From positions 352,001 to 416,000 of the forward strand of contig CAWJQU010000005.1 in the NCBI GenBank assembly GCA_963845145.1: a stretch of 64,000 nt of DNA, given 5' to 3'. Shown here in pieces: positions 9,223 through 19,804 of the stretch. The notes under the pieces are model-generated. The model was not told the origin of the DNA and searched no databases. It saw only the letters and a program-made list of their open reading frames with translations. Made by a program: the position numbers and the translations under genes. The DNA is from an uncultured delta proteobacterium (GTDB lineage: Bacteria > Desulfobacterota > Desulfobacteria > Desulfobacterales > QNYZ01). Each line of letters starts with the position of its first letter. Position 1 is the first letter of the stretch.

Positions 9223-10935
9223 TCAGTCATCCAGAAGGAGGTTTATAATCGGCGCAACCACACCCCGCCGAGGTGCACGCCCGTCGCGAAGATAATTCCC
9301 CCGGGCCGTTGGCCATAAAAGCTGATTCGATGCGGATCCAGGAACGGTGTAAATAAATAATCCGGCCCCAAACGTCTGCACAAGAATTTCCAGGTTACCA
9401 TTCCCGTTAGCGTCCATGATGGTGGGAGCGGCAGGCGCCCCCTTGCCATTACCATTTGTCCCCTGTTCCGGTAGCTGAATATCATAGAGCACATTACCAT
9501 TCGCGTTAAGAATCATAAGATACCCATGGGGTTGACCCGGCTTAATGTTATTCGGGTCACCATAGGTACAAAGAATCAATTCAGGCGCATTATCCCGGTT
9601 AAGATCGGCCACGGAGATCTCCGATGCGTACATTATCGCTCGACCATGGCGGATATTTCGCCGCCATAACAATCCGGCTGTGGCCGAGGTGCAATAGATG
9701 TAACCGTCGTGTGCGGCGTACAAAATTTCCGGTCGCGCATCACCGCGAATATTTACAACGGTTGGCGCCGGTGGGTTTCGAGGGGGATACCAACTGCGGT
9801 TGCCCCGGTTAAGGGGATACCCTGATGATGGCAAGCTTTCCCATCCAGGCAATCGCCGCGCGGAACGATCACCATTGCCATAGCCGCCCTCCAAAACCAT
9901 AATCGAATGGTGCTTGGTGTCATAAGGCACATCTTTTTCCACATTGGCAACGCCCACCACCTCATTTCTTCCGTCCCGATTGAGATCCGCCACCGACGGT
10001 GGAGAAGCTGTCCATTGCATCCATTTTTGACTTCTGGGATGCGGCCAAGCGCCACTATGTAAATGGTAGTGATTATGCTCGACCCCAGCATTAAACCAGC
10101 GAATGAACTGACCCCAATTCAACCGATTCCCCGAATAAGAAGAATGCCGATTGGTATAATAAGGGGAGGATAGCATGCTGACCCCAGTATGCTGGAAGAC
10201 ATTAATCTGGTGGTTATCAAAAGTGACCACAATCTCCAGCTGAGAATCATCGTCCAGGTTACCGATACCCACATTTAACCCATAGCAGCCATAACCATGA
10301 TTACCGGGACCGTTTACTGTGGCATCGTTACCTGGTCCAGTAGCGGTATTGTACCGCGGCCAGGCCTGATAACCCAAACCTGAAGGTTGATAATGGTTGC
10401 CGCTATGGCTAAAAACGAAAACCTGGGCGCCCTCCGAGTCAGTTTGCGTCGTCGTGGCGACGATCTCTATGGAACCGTTGCCATCAAGATCACCGGCAGC
10501 CATGCCGCGCACTTCAGGACACTGGCCGGCCGAACAAACACTGGCGGGCCATCCGTTTTTAGCCACCAGTCGATTACCACGCCACTCGTAAGCAACAACC
10601 TCGTCCCCACTACCTGCGACGATCTCATATACGCCATCGCCCTCCAGGTCGGCCACCACCGCCGGGGCATAAACACGTGAACCAAGATTAATCCGGTCCA
10701 GTTCATTGCCGTTACCGTCCCAAACGATGATATTGTAAAATGTACCGATAATCTTACGTGAACCGCTGCCTAAATGGTGAACCATGGGTGATGCAAACCA
10801 AGCGGTACCCGTCCCCCTAATCTGGCGAAGCATTACCGGCCGCCGTACCGGTGCCGCCCAAAGGGAAGCTGGGATTATAAATATGATAAAAATCCCTGCC
10901 AATACTCGATAAATAGATGCATTTCTTGGAATCAT
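9223..10935 (-). CDS. Secreted FG-GAP/VCBS-repeat protein
   Basis: Signal peptide; repeated Ca-binding loops (DLEGDG, DLDGNG, DLNRDG, DANGNG). Confidence 0.8.
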   Translation of the reverse strand: MIPRNASIYRVLAGIFIIFIIPASLWAAPVRRPVMLRQIRGTGTAWFASPMVHHLGSGSRKIIGTFYNIIVWDGNGNELDRINLGSRVYAPAVVADLEGDGVYEIVAGSGDEVVAYEWRGNRLVAKNGWPASVCSAGQCPEVRGMAAGDLDGNGSIEIVATTTQTDSEGAQVFVFSHSGNHYQPSGLGYQAWPRYNTATGPGNDATVNGPGNHGYGCYGLNVGIGNLDDDSQLEIVVTFDNHQINVFQHTGVSMLSSPYYTNRHSSYSGNRLNWGQFIRWFNAGVEHNHYHLHSGAWPHPRSQKWMQWTASPPSVADLNRDGRNEVVGVANVEKDVPYDTKHHSIMVLEGGYGNGDRSARRLPGWESLPSSGYPLNRGNRSWYPPRNPPAPTVVNIRGDARPEILYAAHDGYIYCTSATAGLLWRRNIRHGRAIMYASEISVADLNRDNAPELILCTYGDPNNIKPGQPHGYLMILNANGNVLYDIQLPEQGTNGNGKGAPAAPTIMDANGNGNLEILVQTFGAGLFIYTVPGSASNQLLWPTARGNYLRDGRAPRRGVVAPIINLLLDD

Positions 10936-11198
10936 CAGTCACCACCTTGTTTATTTGGAGGGTCCCCATAGTGGCAATAGGCTTCAAAATGAATGCTTTC
11001 CGGCATTTTTGGGTAATTGCGAATCCGACACATCGGGACCGGCGAGACAATATCGATCATGCTATCCCCAATTTCACACCTGCTATACAATCCCAACCGG
11101 TGAGACCTGTCAACCAAGAACCAGACGTTTAAACATGATCCATGGAGTGTAAGAGATGATTTGGTTGAATTGTGGAAGAATGAGATCAACAAAAACAA

Positions 11199-11237
11199 TA
11201 AAGGCCTGTCACGAGGTTAATCGTAACAGGCCTTTAT
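11199..11237 (-). terminator. Terminator-like hairpin after the pseudo-tRNA-Asp copy
   Basis: ataaaggcctgtcacga...tcgtaacaggcctttat, a diverged copy of the hairpin at 11543-11582. Confidence 0.7.
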
Positions 11238-11242
11238 ATAAA

Positions 11243-11307
11243 TGGCGGGGACGACGAGACTTGAACTCGCGACCTTCCCGTCAAGACTGACGGGACGTTC
11301 TAACCAG
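11243..11307 (-). pseudogene. Partial tRNA-Asp copy (3' portion) with anticodon arm replaced by a 20-nt hairpin
   Basis: CTGGTTAGAACG-TCCCGTCAGTCTTGACGGGA-AGGTCGCGAGTTCAAGTCTCGTCGTCCCCGCCA; flanks identical to tRNA-Asp. Confidence 0.92.
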
Positions 11308-11541
11308 TGTCTCGATATAATTTCGGCTTTTGCGGCTTTTTATTTTATTTTCACGCCTAACAGCTTCGGATCGACTTGCGTGGGCTTCTGAGTATATCAA
11401 ATCCCACGGGCGTTTTCGTTTCGTATATTTTGAACGACCCTGGTTATGGCGCTCAACGCGGATGCGTAAATCTTGTGTTGACCCGACATAGTAACTGCCG
11501 TCTTTTTGGCTCTGGAGAATGTAAGTGTAATGACGCATCAT
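11281..11541 (-). CDS. Small GIY-YIG nuclease family protein
   Basis: YTYIL..YYVGSTQDL..RVERHN..YTK..RPW..EAVRRE..IK. Confidence 0.9.
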   Translation of the reverse strand: MMRHYTYILQSQKDGSYYVGSTQDLRIRVERHNQGRSKYTKRKRPWDLIYSEAHASRSEAVRRENKIKSRKSRNYIETLVRTSRQS

Positions 11542-11542
11542 G

Positions 11543-11582
11543 AAAAAAGGCCTGCCACGAAATGATTCGCAGCAGGCCTTTT
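11543..11582 (-). terminator. Intrinsic terminator after tRNA-Asp
   Basis: Minus strand AAGGCCTGCTGCGA...TCGTGGCAGGCCTTTTTT. Confidence 0.75.
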
Positions 11583-11586
11583 ATAA

Positions 11587-11665
11587 TGGCGGGGACGACG
11601 AGACTTGAACTCGCGACCTCCGGCTTGACAGGCCGGCGTTCTAACCAGAACTGAACTACGCCCCC
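11587..11665 (-). tRNA. tRNA-Asp(GTC)
   Basis: Cloverleaf GGGGGCG...CCGGC CTGTCAA GCCGG...TTCAAGT...CGTCCCC GCCA. Confidence 0.96.
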
Positions 11666-11718
11666 AAAATTTATTAACTAATCTACGGATAAAACAATTA
11701 GTCGGTAGTCAGCATCAA

Positions 11719-11774
11719 GCGACCTTCCCGTCAGGACTGACGGGACGTTCTAACCAGAACTGAACTACGCCCCC
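11719..11774 (-). pseudogene. Partial tRNA-Asp copy (5' portion) with anticodon arm replaced by a 20-nt hairpin
   Basis: GGGGGCGTAGTTCAGTTCTGGTTAGAACG-TCCCGTCAGTCCTGACGGGA-AGGTCGC, then truncated. Confidence 0.92.
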
Positions 11775-11824
11775 AAATTCTCAAATTTTTCTGTTTTACA
11801 GTCCGGAATCCAACGTATCCTGAC

Positions 11825-12028
11825 TGGTAGGCGGAACAGGGCTTGAACCTGTGACCTTCCCGCTCTGTTCAGCGGGACGCTCTGTCCTATTTCTTATCAT
11901 TTCTCCAGCCCATCCTTCGTTCGGACTGGTAGGCGGAACAGGGCTTGAACCTGTGACCTTCCCGCTCTGTTCAGCGGGACGCTCTGTCCTATTTCTTATC
12001 ATTTCTCCAGCCCATCCTTCGTTCGGAC
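11825..12028 (-). repeat. Two identical 102-bp units, each a 43-bp spacer plus a 59-bp partial tRNA-Val with hairpin-substituted anticodon arm
   Basis: AGAGCG-TCCCGCTGAACAGAGCGGGA-AGGTCACAGGTTCAAGCCCTGTTCCGCCTACCA at 11825-11883 and 11927-11985. Confidence 0.93.
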
Positions 12029-12104
12029 TGGTAGGCGGAACAGGGCTTGAACCTGTGACCTCCGGCTTGTAAGGCCGGCGCTCTCCCAACTGAGCTACCC
12101 GCCC
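12029..12104 (-). tRNA. tRNA-Val(TAC)
   Basis: 76-nt cloverleaf, anticodon arm CCGGC CTTACAA GCCGG, CCA end. Confidence 0.96.
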
Positions 12105-12216
12105 ACGGTTTTCCTGACCGCCTTGGCGATGTTTCTCAAAGCGTTCTCTGGCTACCAGTTGCATTGCCGCTTGTCAAGCTGAATTTGAGTCATCCCTGAA
12201 ACTAACTGACCGGGGA

Positions 12217-14634
12217 CTAACTAACAGAATCAGAGCTCATGGACAGGGATGCGTCACTGGTCTTAAAAACGGTGGTTCGTTTCTCCGGAACCAGGGAATG
12301 CGACAGCACTTCATCCATATGCGCGACGGTACGATTTCCATCTGATTTTGGATGTTGGCCGGAATATCTCTTAAATCTTTTTTATTCTCCTCGGGAATCA
12401 ACACTTTATGAATACCGCCCCTATGGGCGGCCAGAAATTTTTCTTTTAATCCGCCAATGGGCAAAACCCGGCCCCGCAAGGTAATTTCACCGGTCATGGC
12501 TACAAATCGGCTCACCGGTGTCTTGGTCAGTGCGGAAACAATTGAGGTGCACATGGCAATACCAGCGGAAGGGTCCGTCTTTCGGGGTGGCCCCGTCGGG
12601 AATATGAATATGAATATCAAATTTTCGATAAAATCTTTCCTCGATGCCCAGCTCATTGGCCCGGGAGCGAACATAACTGATGGCTGCCTGGGCCGATTCT
12701 TTCATGACATCACCCAGTTTACCGGTAACAGTGTGAACCCCCTTACCCGGCATGACAACCGTCTCGGCGCAGAGCAGTTCCCCACCGACTTGCGTCCAGG
12801 CCAGTCCGGTGGCAATTCCCACCTGATCGTTTTCTTCGACCTGGCCGTATCGAAACGGCGGTGGACCCAGATGTTTTTTAATGGATGTCGCTGAGATAAG
12901 AATCGGCTTGGTTATTTTTTTCTTAACCACGTTCCGGGCAATTTTTCGACAAACGGAAGCGATCTCACGCTCGAGATTTCGAACCCCCGCTTCCCGTGTG
13001 TAACGCTGAATCAACAGTTTAATGGCATTCTTGGAAAAAGAGATGTCAACGTCTTTCAATCCGTTCATTTCGATCTGCTTGGGCAGCAGAAAGCCGACGG
13101 CGATATGGTATTTTTCATTTTCCGTGTATCCGGGCAGTCGAATGATTTCCATTCGATCCTGCAAGGGTAACGGAATTTCGGGCAAGGTGTTGGCCGTCGT
13201 GATAAACAAGATGTCGGACAGATCATAATCCACATCAAGGTAGTGATCGTTAAATGCGTAGTTTTGTTCGGGATCGAGTACTTCCAAGAGCGCCGCCGAA
13301 GGATCGCCCCTGAAGTCCATGCTCATCTTGTCAACTTCATCCAGACAGAAGACCGGATTGTTGACGCCCGCTTTTTTCAAAGATTGAATGATCTTACCGG
13401 GCATTGCACCGATATAGGTGCGGCGATGCCCACGAATCTCGGCCTCATCCCGGACACCTCCCAAAGAGAGGCGTATATATTTCCGGCCGGTAGCCCGCGC
13501 AATGGATCGGGCCAGAGAGGTTTTACCAACTCCCGGCGGGCCGACAAAGCAAAGAATCGGGCCGCGAACCTTTTTTACCAGCAGTTCCACGGCCAGATAT
13601 TCCACAATCCGTTCTTTGGGTTTTTCGAGGCTGTAATGGTCTTCGTCCAGAATGGTCTCGGCTTTTTCAAGGTCGCCATAGACCTCGGCTTTTTCAAACC
13701 AGGGCAGGCTGATTAACCAGTCGATGTAACCCCGCACCACGGTCGCTTCGGCCGACATGGGCGCCATCATGGTCAATTTCTTAAATTCGTGTTTGACTTT
13801 CTCCCTGGCCTCCTCAGACATCTCTTTGGCTTCGATCTGTTTTTCCAGTTCTTTCAGATCGTCCGGTGCATCGTCTTCCGCCCCCATCTCCTTTTTGATC
13901 GCTCGCATCTGTTCGTTGAGATAGTAGCTTTTCTGGGTCTTTTCCATCTGCTTTTTGACCCGGGTTTTGATACGCTGATCCATCTTGAAAATATCGATCT
14001 CAAGCTTGATCAATTCCATCAGGGTGGCCAAACGATCGCTTAAATCTGCGGCTTCCAGCAATCTTTGTTTGTCCTCGATTTTGAATGAAAAATGGGCGGA
14101 GATGGTATCGGCCAGCTGAGAGGGATCGTTAATGGCCAGCACACTTTTGACGAGATCCTTAGAGATATTTTTATTGAGTTCAGCGTACGTTTCAAAACTT
14201 TTCTTGACCCCTCGCACCAGGGCCTCTTTTTCCGCCGCGACCAAGGGCAATTCCTCGATTGGCTCAAGTTCAACGCGAAAATACTCCAGATGCGGTAAAA
14301 ACCTGACGATACGCGATCTTTCGATCCCTTCCACCAGCGCCTTGACGGTACCATCGGGAAGCTTAAGCAGTTGAAGGACCTTGCCGATGGTCCCCATCCG
14401 GCTGATATCTTTTTCTTCGGGGTTGTCAATGCCTGCATCGGTCTGGGTGGCCAGAAAAATCCGTTTATCCCGATTCATCGCGCTGGTAAGGGCCTTAACC
14501 GACTTATCCCGCCCCACAAATAAGGGCGCCACCATATGGGGAAAAACGACAATGTCCCTAAGCGGCAGCAGGGGAAGTTCAAATAGATCCGAATCGCTAT
14601 CGATCCGATCGGGTTTCTTGGGAAAACCTATCAT
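12217..14634 (-). CDS. lon: Lon protease (two frameshifts near the 3' end)
   Basis: [38 protein letters not shown] and IGGLKEK continue in shifted frames. Confidence 0.92.
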
Positions 14635-14704
14635 CCTTTATTCATATCCTTTGGTTTTTTTAGGTATGTACAGCTATCGAGAGCCCGGCCCCGGGATATC
14701 GGGG

Positions 14705-15956
14705 CTATGCTTGTTTTTTGGTTTGCTCGTATAGCAGAATCGGATCTTCATCGTTTAAGACGACCTCTTTATTAACCACACATTCCTTGACATTATCTAT
14801 GGAAGGAATTTCGTACATAATATTGATCAGACACTTTTCCAAAATAGACCGCAACCCTCTGGCGCCCGATTTTCGTTTCATGGCTTCATCGGCAATGGCC
14901 GACAAGGCGTCATCGGTAAAACGCAGGTTCACTCCTTCCATTTCAAATAATTTTTTATATTGTTTGACCAGTGCGTTTTTCGGCTCCGTCAAAATACGAA
15001 TCAGGGCCGAATTGTCCAGTTCAGCCAGCGTGGCGATGACCGGCAAGCGGCCTAAAAATTCGGGGATCAGGCCAAATTTAATCAGGTCTTCCGGACGGAC
15101 CTTTAAGCAGGGTTTCACCGATATTTGCTTCCTTCTGATCGATGACGTTGCCGCTGAACCCCATCACGCTGGCACCTTTTCGCCTTTGAATGATCTGTTC
15201 AAGGCCATTGAACGTTCCACCGCAAATAAATAGAATATTGGAGGTATCCACTTTGACGAAAATCCTGCTGGGGATGTTTGCGTCCCCCTTTGGGCGGAAC
15301 GCTTGCCGTGGTGCCTTCGATAATTTTTAACAGCGCCTGCTGAACGCCTTCACCGGAAACATCCCGGGTGATGGAAGGATTATCTGATTTACTGGCGATC
15401 TTATCGATTTCATCGATATAGACGATGCCGCGTTTGGCCTTTTCCACATCGTAGTCGGCGTTTTGAAGCAAGGACAGGATGATATTCTCAACATCCTCCC
15501 CAACGTAACCGGCTTCGGTAAGGCTCGTGGCATCGGCAATGGTAAAGGGCACATTTAAAAATCGAGCCAATGTCTGGGCCAGCAAGCGTTTTGCCGCACC
15601 CGGTGGGCCCAATGAAAAGGATATTGCTTTTTTGCAGCTCCACATCCCCGTTAGAGGATACCGGTGAGTCCAGCCGTTTATAATGATTGTAAACAGCTAC
15701 AGACAGGACTTTCTTGGCAACATCCTGCTCGATAACATACTCATCGAGCTTGGCGTTAATCTCTTTGGGCAGCAGGCTTTTTTCATTCTCGTCCCGATCC
15801 TGCTCGCACTCCTCCTCGATGATCTCACCGCACAAGTTGAATACACTCATCGCAAATATAAACGGCAGGCCCGGCAATGAGCTTGGTCACTTCCTTTTGA
15901 CTTTTACCGCAAAATGAGCAAAACAGATTGTCGTTGGATTCGTCTTTATCGGACAT
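14705..15956 (-). CDS. clpX: ClpX ATPase (several frameshifts)
   Basis: CSFCGK..LIAGP zinc finger, [36 protein letters not shown] across four ORF pieces. Confidence 0.92.
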
Positions 15957-15957
15957 A

Positions 15958-16586
15958 TTAAGACTCCGTCTTTCTATTTTTGCCCTCAATGAGCTCAAGG
16001 TCGTCACGATCCTGAATCACATGATCAATGAGTCCGTATTCTTTCGAATCGGCACCGGACATGAAAAAGTCGCGATCCGTGTCTTTTTGAACCCGTTCCA
16101 AGGGCTGGGCAGTATGTTTTGCCAGAATATCGTTTAAGGTATCTTTAAGTCTCAATATTTCCGTGGCCTGGAGAGCAATATCCGAGGCCTGGCCTTGTAC
16201 CCCGCCCATGGGCTGGTGGATCATAATTCTGGAATTGGGAAGTGAGTAGCGTTTGCCCTTGGCGCCTGCCGCCAGAAGCAACGCGCCCATGCTGGCGGCC
16301 TGTCCGATACAGTGTGTGGCGATATCCGGCTTGATATATTGCATGGTATCGTAAACGGCCAGCCCTGCCGTTACACTGCCCCCGGGGGAATTGATATAAA
16401 AATTGATCTCCCTCCCCGGATCTTCGGATTCGAGAAAGAGCAATTGGGCGATCAGCACGTTGGCGACTTCATCGTTAATGGCCGTTCCTAAGAAATACAA
16501 TTCGATCTTTTAGTAGCCGTGAGTAAATATCATAGGCGCGTTCACCGCGGCTGCTCTGCTCGATAACCATTGGGAATTAGTGGCAC
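15958..16586 (-). CDS. clpP: ClpP protease (two frameshifts near the 5' end)
   Basis: GTG start with [45 protein letters not shown]. Confidence 0.92.
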
Positions 16587-16768
16587 GATTTTGCCTCCTT
16601 ATATACGAACATTATAACTACCCGCATTCATTAAATATCGGCATCACTTGCTGAAACTTGAGTCATTTTGTACCCGGTGATATTCGAGAGCTCATCGCCT
16701 ATTCGCCCCATATCCCTTCAATCATGTGGGTTTTTTTCGCAGTAAATGATTCTGTTGTCACCTGTTTT

Positions 16769-18121
16769 TTACTCGGCTGTTTCGCCGGCATCCGGTTCGC
16801 TCGACTCTTTTTCATCCGTATCTGGCGTCACTTCTTTGATTTCACCATGTTCCATTATAAGCTTAATCGCCTTTTTTTCAAGTAAGCTGTGTTTGAAAAA
16901 TTCAAACCGATTTTCATCATTTTTCATGTATTCTTTTATAATATCAACAGGCTGGTTGTACGCTGCGGCCATCTCATTTAAACCGGCATCGGTTTCATCA
17001 TCGGCCAGCGACAGGTCTTCTTGTTCAATAATCTTATTTAAAATCAGCTGCCGCCGCACTTGTTTAACGGCCACATCGCGATAATTATCGCGCAGTTGAT
17101 CCGTATCGATACCGGCATCTTCCATTTTCATGTTCCGGGCAGAAAAGGATTGTTCCGCCTCATTGATAATACTGGTTAGTTCATGCTCCACCAGGCTGTC
17201 GGGCACCTCGAAATCGGCTTTTTTCAAAAGATCGGTGAAAATTTGCTCGTTTAATTCTTGCTCAGCACGCTTGTCGTACCCCTCTTGAAGATTTTCTGTT
17301 ATTTTTCCCTTCAATTCATCCAAATTTTCATAGGGACCCAGGCCTTTGGCAAAAGCATCGTCCATCGCCGGCAATGTCTCTTTCCGAATCTCTTTTAGCT
17401 CGACCTGAAACGTCACCTGACGGCCGGCCAGTTTTTTATTGAAATAATCATCGGCAAACTGAACCGTGATCGCTTTTTCGTCTCCGGGATTCATCCCGAT
17501 TAGTTGTTCGTCAAAATCTTCGTGGATTCGCTTTTCACCGATTTTTTGCGAGAAATCGATGGTTTTTTCCATGCCTTCAAGGGGTTGGTCGTTTTCAAAG
17601 CCTTCATAATCGATCAGCACGATGTCATCTTTGGCGGCCGGACGGGTTTCATCAAGGGGTTCATGTCGGGCCATATTTTTCTGGAGCATTTTAAGCTGCA
17701 TATCAAGCTCTTCATCGCTGGCCTTGTAAAGCTTTTTTTCAAGAGGGATACCTTTAAATTCAATATCTTCCAGCTCCGGCGTCACCTCAACGGTGGCATC
17801 ATAGGTAAACGGGCTGTCCTTTTCCAGGTCGGAAGGATCCACTTCGGGCTTTCCCACAAGGTTCAGGTCGTGCTCCTTAACCGCTTCCACAAATGTATCC
17901 TGGATCAGGCGGGAGGCGACATCGGCATGAACATCCTTTTTATAGTATTGCTCTAGCACACTACGCGGGGTTTTACCTGGCCGAAAACCTTTGACCTTGG
18001 CGTTGCGTTTTAAATCCTGGTAAGCCGCATCCAGGGCATCTTTAACTTCGTCCTTCGGCACTTCGATGTGCAGGGTCTTTTTAACGGTACTGACATCTTC
18101 AATGGTAACTTTCATCATCAT
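16769..18121 (-). CDS. tig: Trigger factor
   Basis: GFRPGK ribosome-binding motif, FKBP-like middle; tig-clpP-clpX-lon order. Confidence 0.95.
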   Translation of the reverse strand: MMMKVTIEDVSTVKKTLHIEVPKDEVKDALDAAYQDLKRNAKVKGFRPGKTPRSVLEQYYKKDVHADVASRLIQDTFVEAVKEHDLNLVGKPEVDPSDLEKDSPFTYDATVEVTPELEDIEFKGIPLEKKLYKASDEELDMQLKMLQKNMARHEPLDETRPAAKDDIVLIDYEGFENDQPLEGMEKTIDFSQKIGEKRIHEDFDEQLIGMNPGDEKAITVQFADDYFNKKLAGRQVTFQVELKEIRKETLPAMDDAFAKGLGPYENLDELKGKITENLQEGYDKRAEQELNEQIFTDLLKKADFEVPDSLVEHELTSIINEAEQSFSARNMKMEDAGIDTDQLRDNYRDVAVKQVRRQLILNKIIEQEDLSLADDETDAGLNEMAAAYNQPVDIIKEYMKNDENRFEFFKHSLLEKKAIKLIMEHGEIKEVTPDTDEKESSEPDAGETAE

Positions 18122-18363
18122 CCTTTCGTGAAAAAGAAAAGCCTGAAATGCGTAAATTTCCAGGCAGTTAAATACCAACCAAAATAGAATCTATGAAAAC
18201 TGTCGCTGATTTCCCGTATGGAGATCGACCACCTGATCAAGTCAATCCAACGGTACCATCCTATATGTACCATTAAACAGGTCAAATGGCTGGATTCCCA
18301 ACGACAGCATTATTCCAATACAAACATTTCCCAAATGACCGGTGTCTAATCAATCTCAACAGA

Positions 18364-18450
<87 letters not shown>

Positions 18451-18703
18451 AAAACATCCGTCACTTGACATCACCGGCAAAATCAATAAGATGTCGGCTT
18501 CAATATCACTCCAATCTAATAACAAGCCCATGGGGTGTCAAGAAAATTCGATAGTTACAATAACGGTTAAAAAGCGGGTTGCTTTAATTATAAAAATTGA
18601 TAATGGATGATTCGCTTGATTGGAAATGGAAAGTCGTGTTAGATACCCATCATACCCAAACTATCGGATTGAGCGTGACAATCGATTTATCCAGTTCAAA
18701 CGT

Positions 18704-18780
18704 CGGGGCGTAGCGCAGCCTGGTAGCGCACCTGCTTTGGGAGCAGGGGGCCGGAGGTTCAAATCCTCTCGCCCCGACCA
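18704..18780 (+). tRNA. tRNA-Pro(TGG)
   Basis: CGGGGCGTAGCGCAGCCTGGTAGCGCA CCTGC TTTGGGA GCAGG...CGCCCCGACCA. Confidence 0.96.
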
Positions 18781-18801
18781 ATAAATTTCAGACAGTTGGT
18801 T

Positions 18802-18838
18802 AAATGCCGATTCCCTCCAGAATCGGCATTTTTCTTTT
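18802..18838 (+). terminator. Intrinsic terminator after tRNA-Pro
   Basis: aaatgccgattc-cctcca-gaatcggcattttt. Confidence 0.75.
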
Positions 18839-19042
18839 TATGTATATAACTTTTCAAAAAGCTCACTAACAGTCCCTGTATACTGCAAAATAAAAGATCG
18901 GATTGATGGGGTGCGGATGCCCAAAATCTTTCAGAAAGACTCAGGGAGCCCCCAATTATCCTTTAAGGAGAGAAAATCAAATTAACTGCCCAAAGGTTTT
19001 TTGATCTCGATGAGTCAATCTAAAGGATTGGTACAAGTAAAA

Positions 19043-19804
19043 TCAAAGAAGTTTGGACGCAAAATGGGTATAAAATACCTGCTGACGCCCTTTTGCTACC
19101 CTTTTAATGACCCGCTCAATGTTGGCAACGGTAGCGGTATGGTCAAAATCAAAGGGGTGCATGGCAATACGAATCACTTTGCGATCGGACCAAACACGGC
19201 CCAACAACGGGCAAAGTATTAACGAACTATATTTACGACAAAATGTCCGGGTCGCCCAAGTAATCACCGGCACGTGTAGTTGCTGGTCTTGCGCCAACAA
19301 GTAAAGCTGGTTGTGATCCTCGGTAAATAAAAAACCCAGTTCTTTTAAACACAAAATCAGGTTTTCATTAAACAGCCATGCTGGTGCGATGAAGCCTTCG
19401 GGCTGAGCATTCAAATAGCTCTCAAATACGCTTATTCCCTTTCGTATCCGCTCTAATACTATCTGGCGATCGAGTGATAAAAATTCCGCTTCACCGGCGG
19501 TAAGAAATCTTCTTTTGAGCGCTGCCACCGGGGAAAGCTGGGTAACGTGATGGTTGGGTAACTCTTGATGGCTATATCCATGCAAAACCCACTGTACCCG
19601 GAAAGCGCGCTTGTGATGGATCCAGAGGCGGTATGCTTCCAACACGCTTGGCTTAAATGTGGCCGTACGGTTATGGTAGTCAGGGATAAACAGGTAGCTT
19701 ACTTTGGCAAGGCCCAATTTGGTAAACATCTTTTCCGCGCGTTTCAATCGCTTCAGATGAAACGGTGTGACATCATGCAAAGAAATTAGCACCTGGCGAC
19801 CCAT
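19043..19804 (-). CDS. Polysaccharide deacetylase-like protein (DUF2334-type)
   Basis: SLHDVTP, LHGYSH, GEAEF, GFIAPAW, RIAMHPFD. Confidence 0.8.
   Translation of the reverse strand: MGRQVLISLHDVTPFHLKRLKRAEKMFTKLGLAKVSYLFIPDYHNRTATFKPSVLEAYRLWIHHKRAFRVQWVLHGYSHQELPNHHVTQLSPVAALKRRFLTAGEAEFLSLDRQIVLERIRKGISVFESYLNAQPEGFIAPAWLFNENLILCLKELGFLFTEDHNQLYLLAQDQQLHVPVITWATRTFCRKYSSLILCPLLGRVWSDRKVIRIAMHPFDFDHTATVANIERVIKRVAKGRQQVFYTHFASKLL

Noticed and set aside
11825..12061. CRISPR-like repeat array
   Set aside because: Repeats are tRNA-derived, the spacers are identical, and no cas genes are in the window
11796..12164. 122-aa repetitive ORF
   Set aside because: It is a translation of tRNA-Val and its in-frame 102-bp repeats
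12217..16586. Programmed frameshifting in lon/clpX/clpP
   Set aside because: Too many scattered indels and no common slippery motif; sequencing error is simpler
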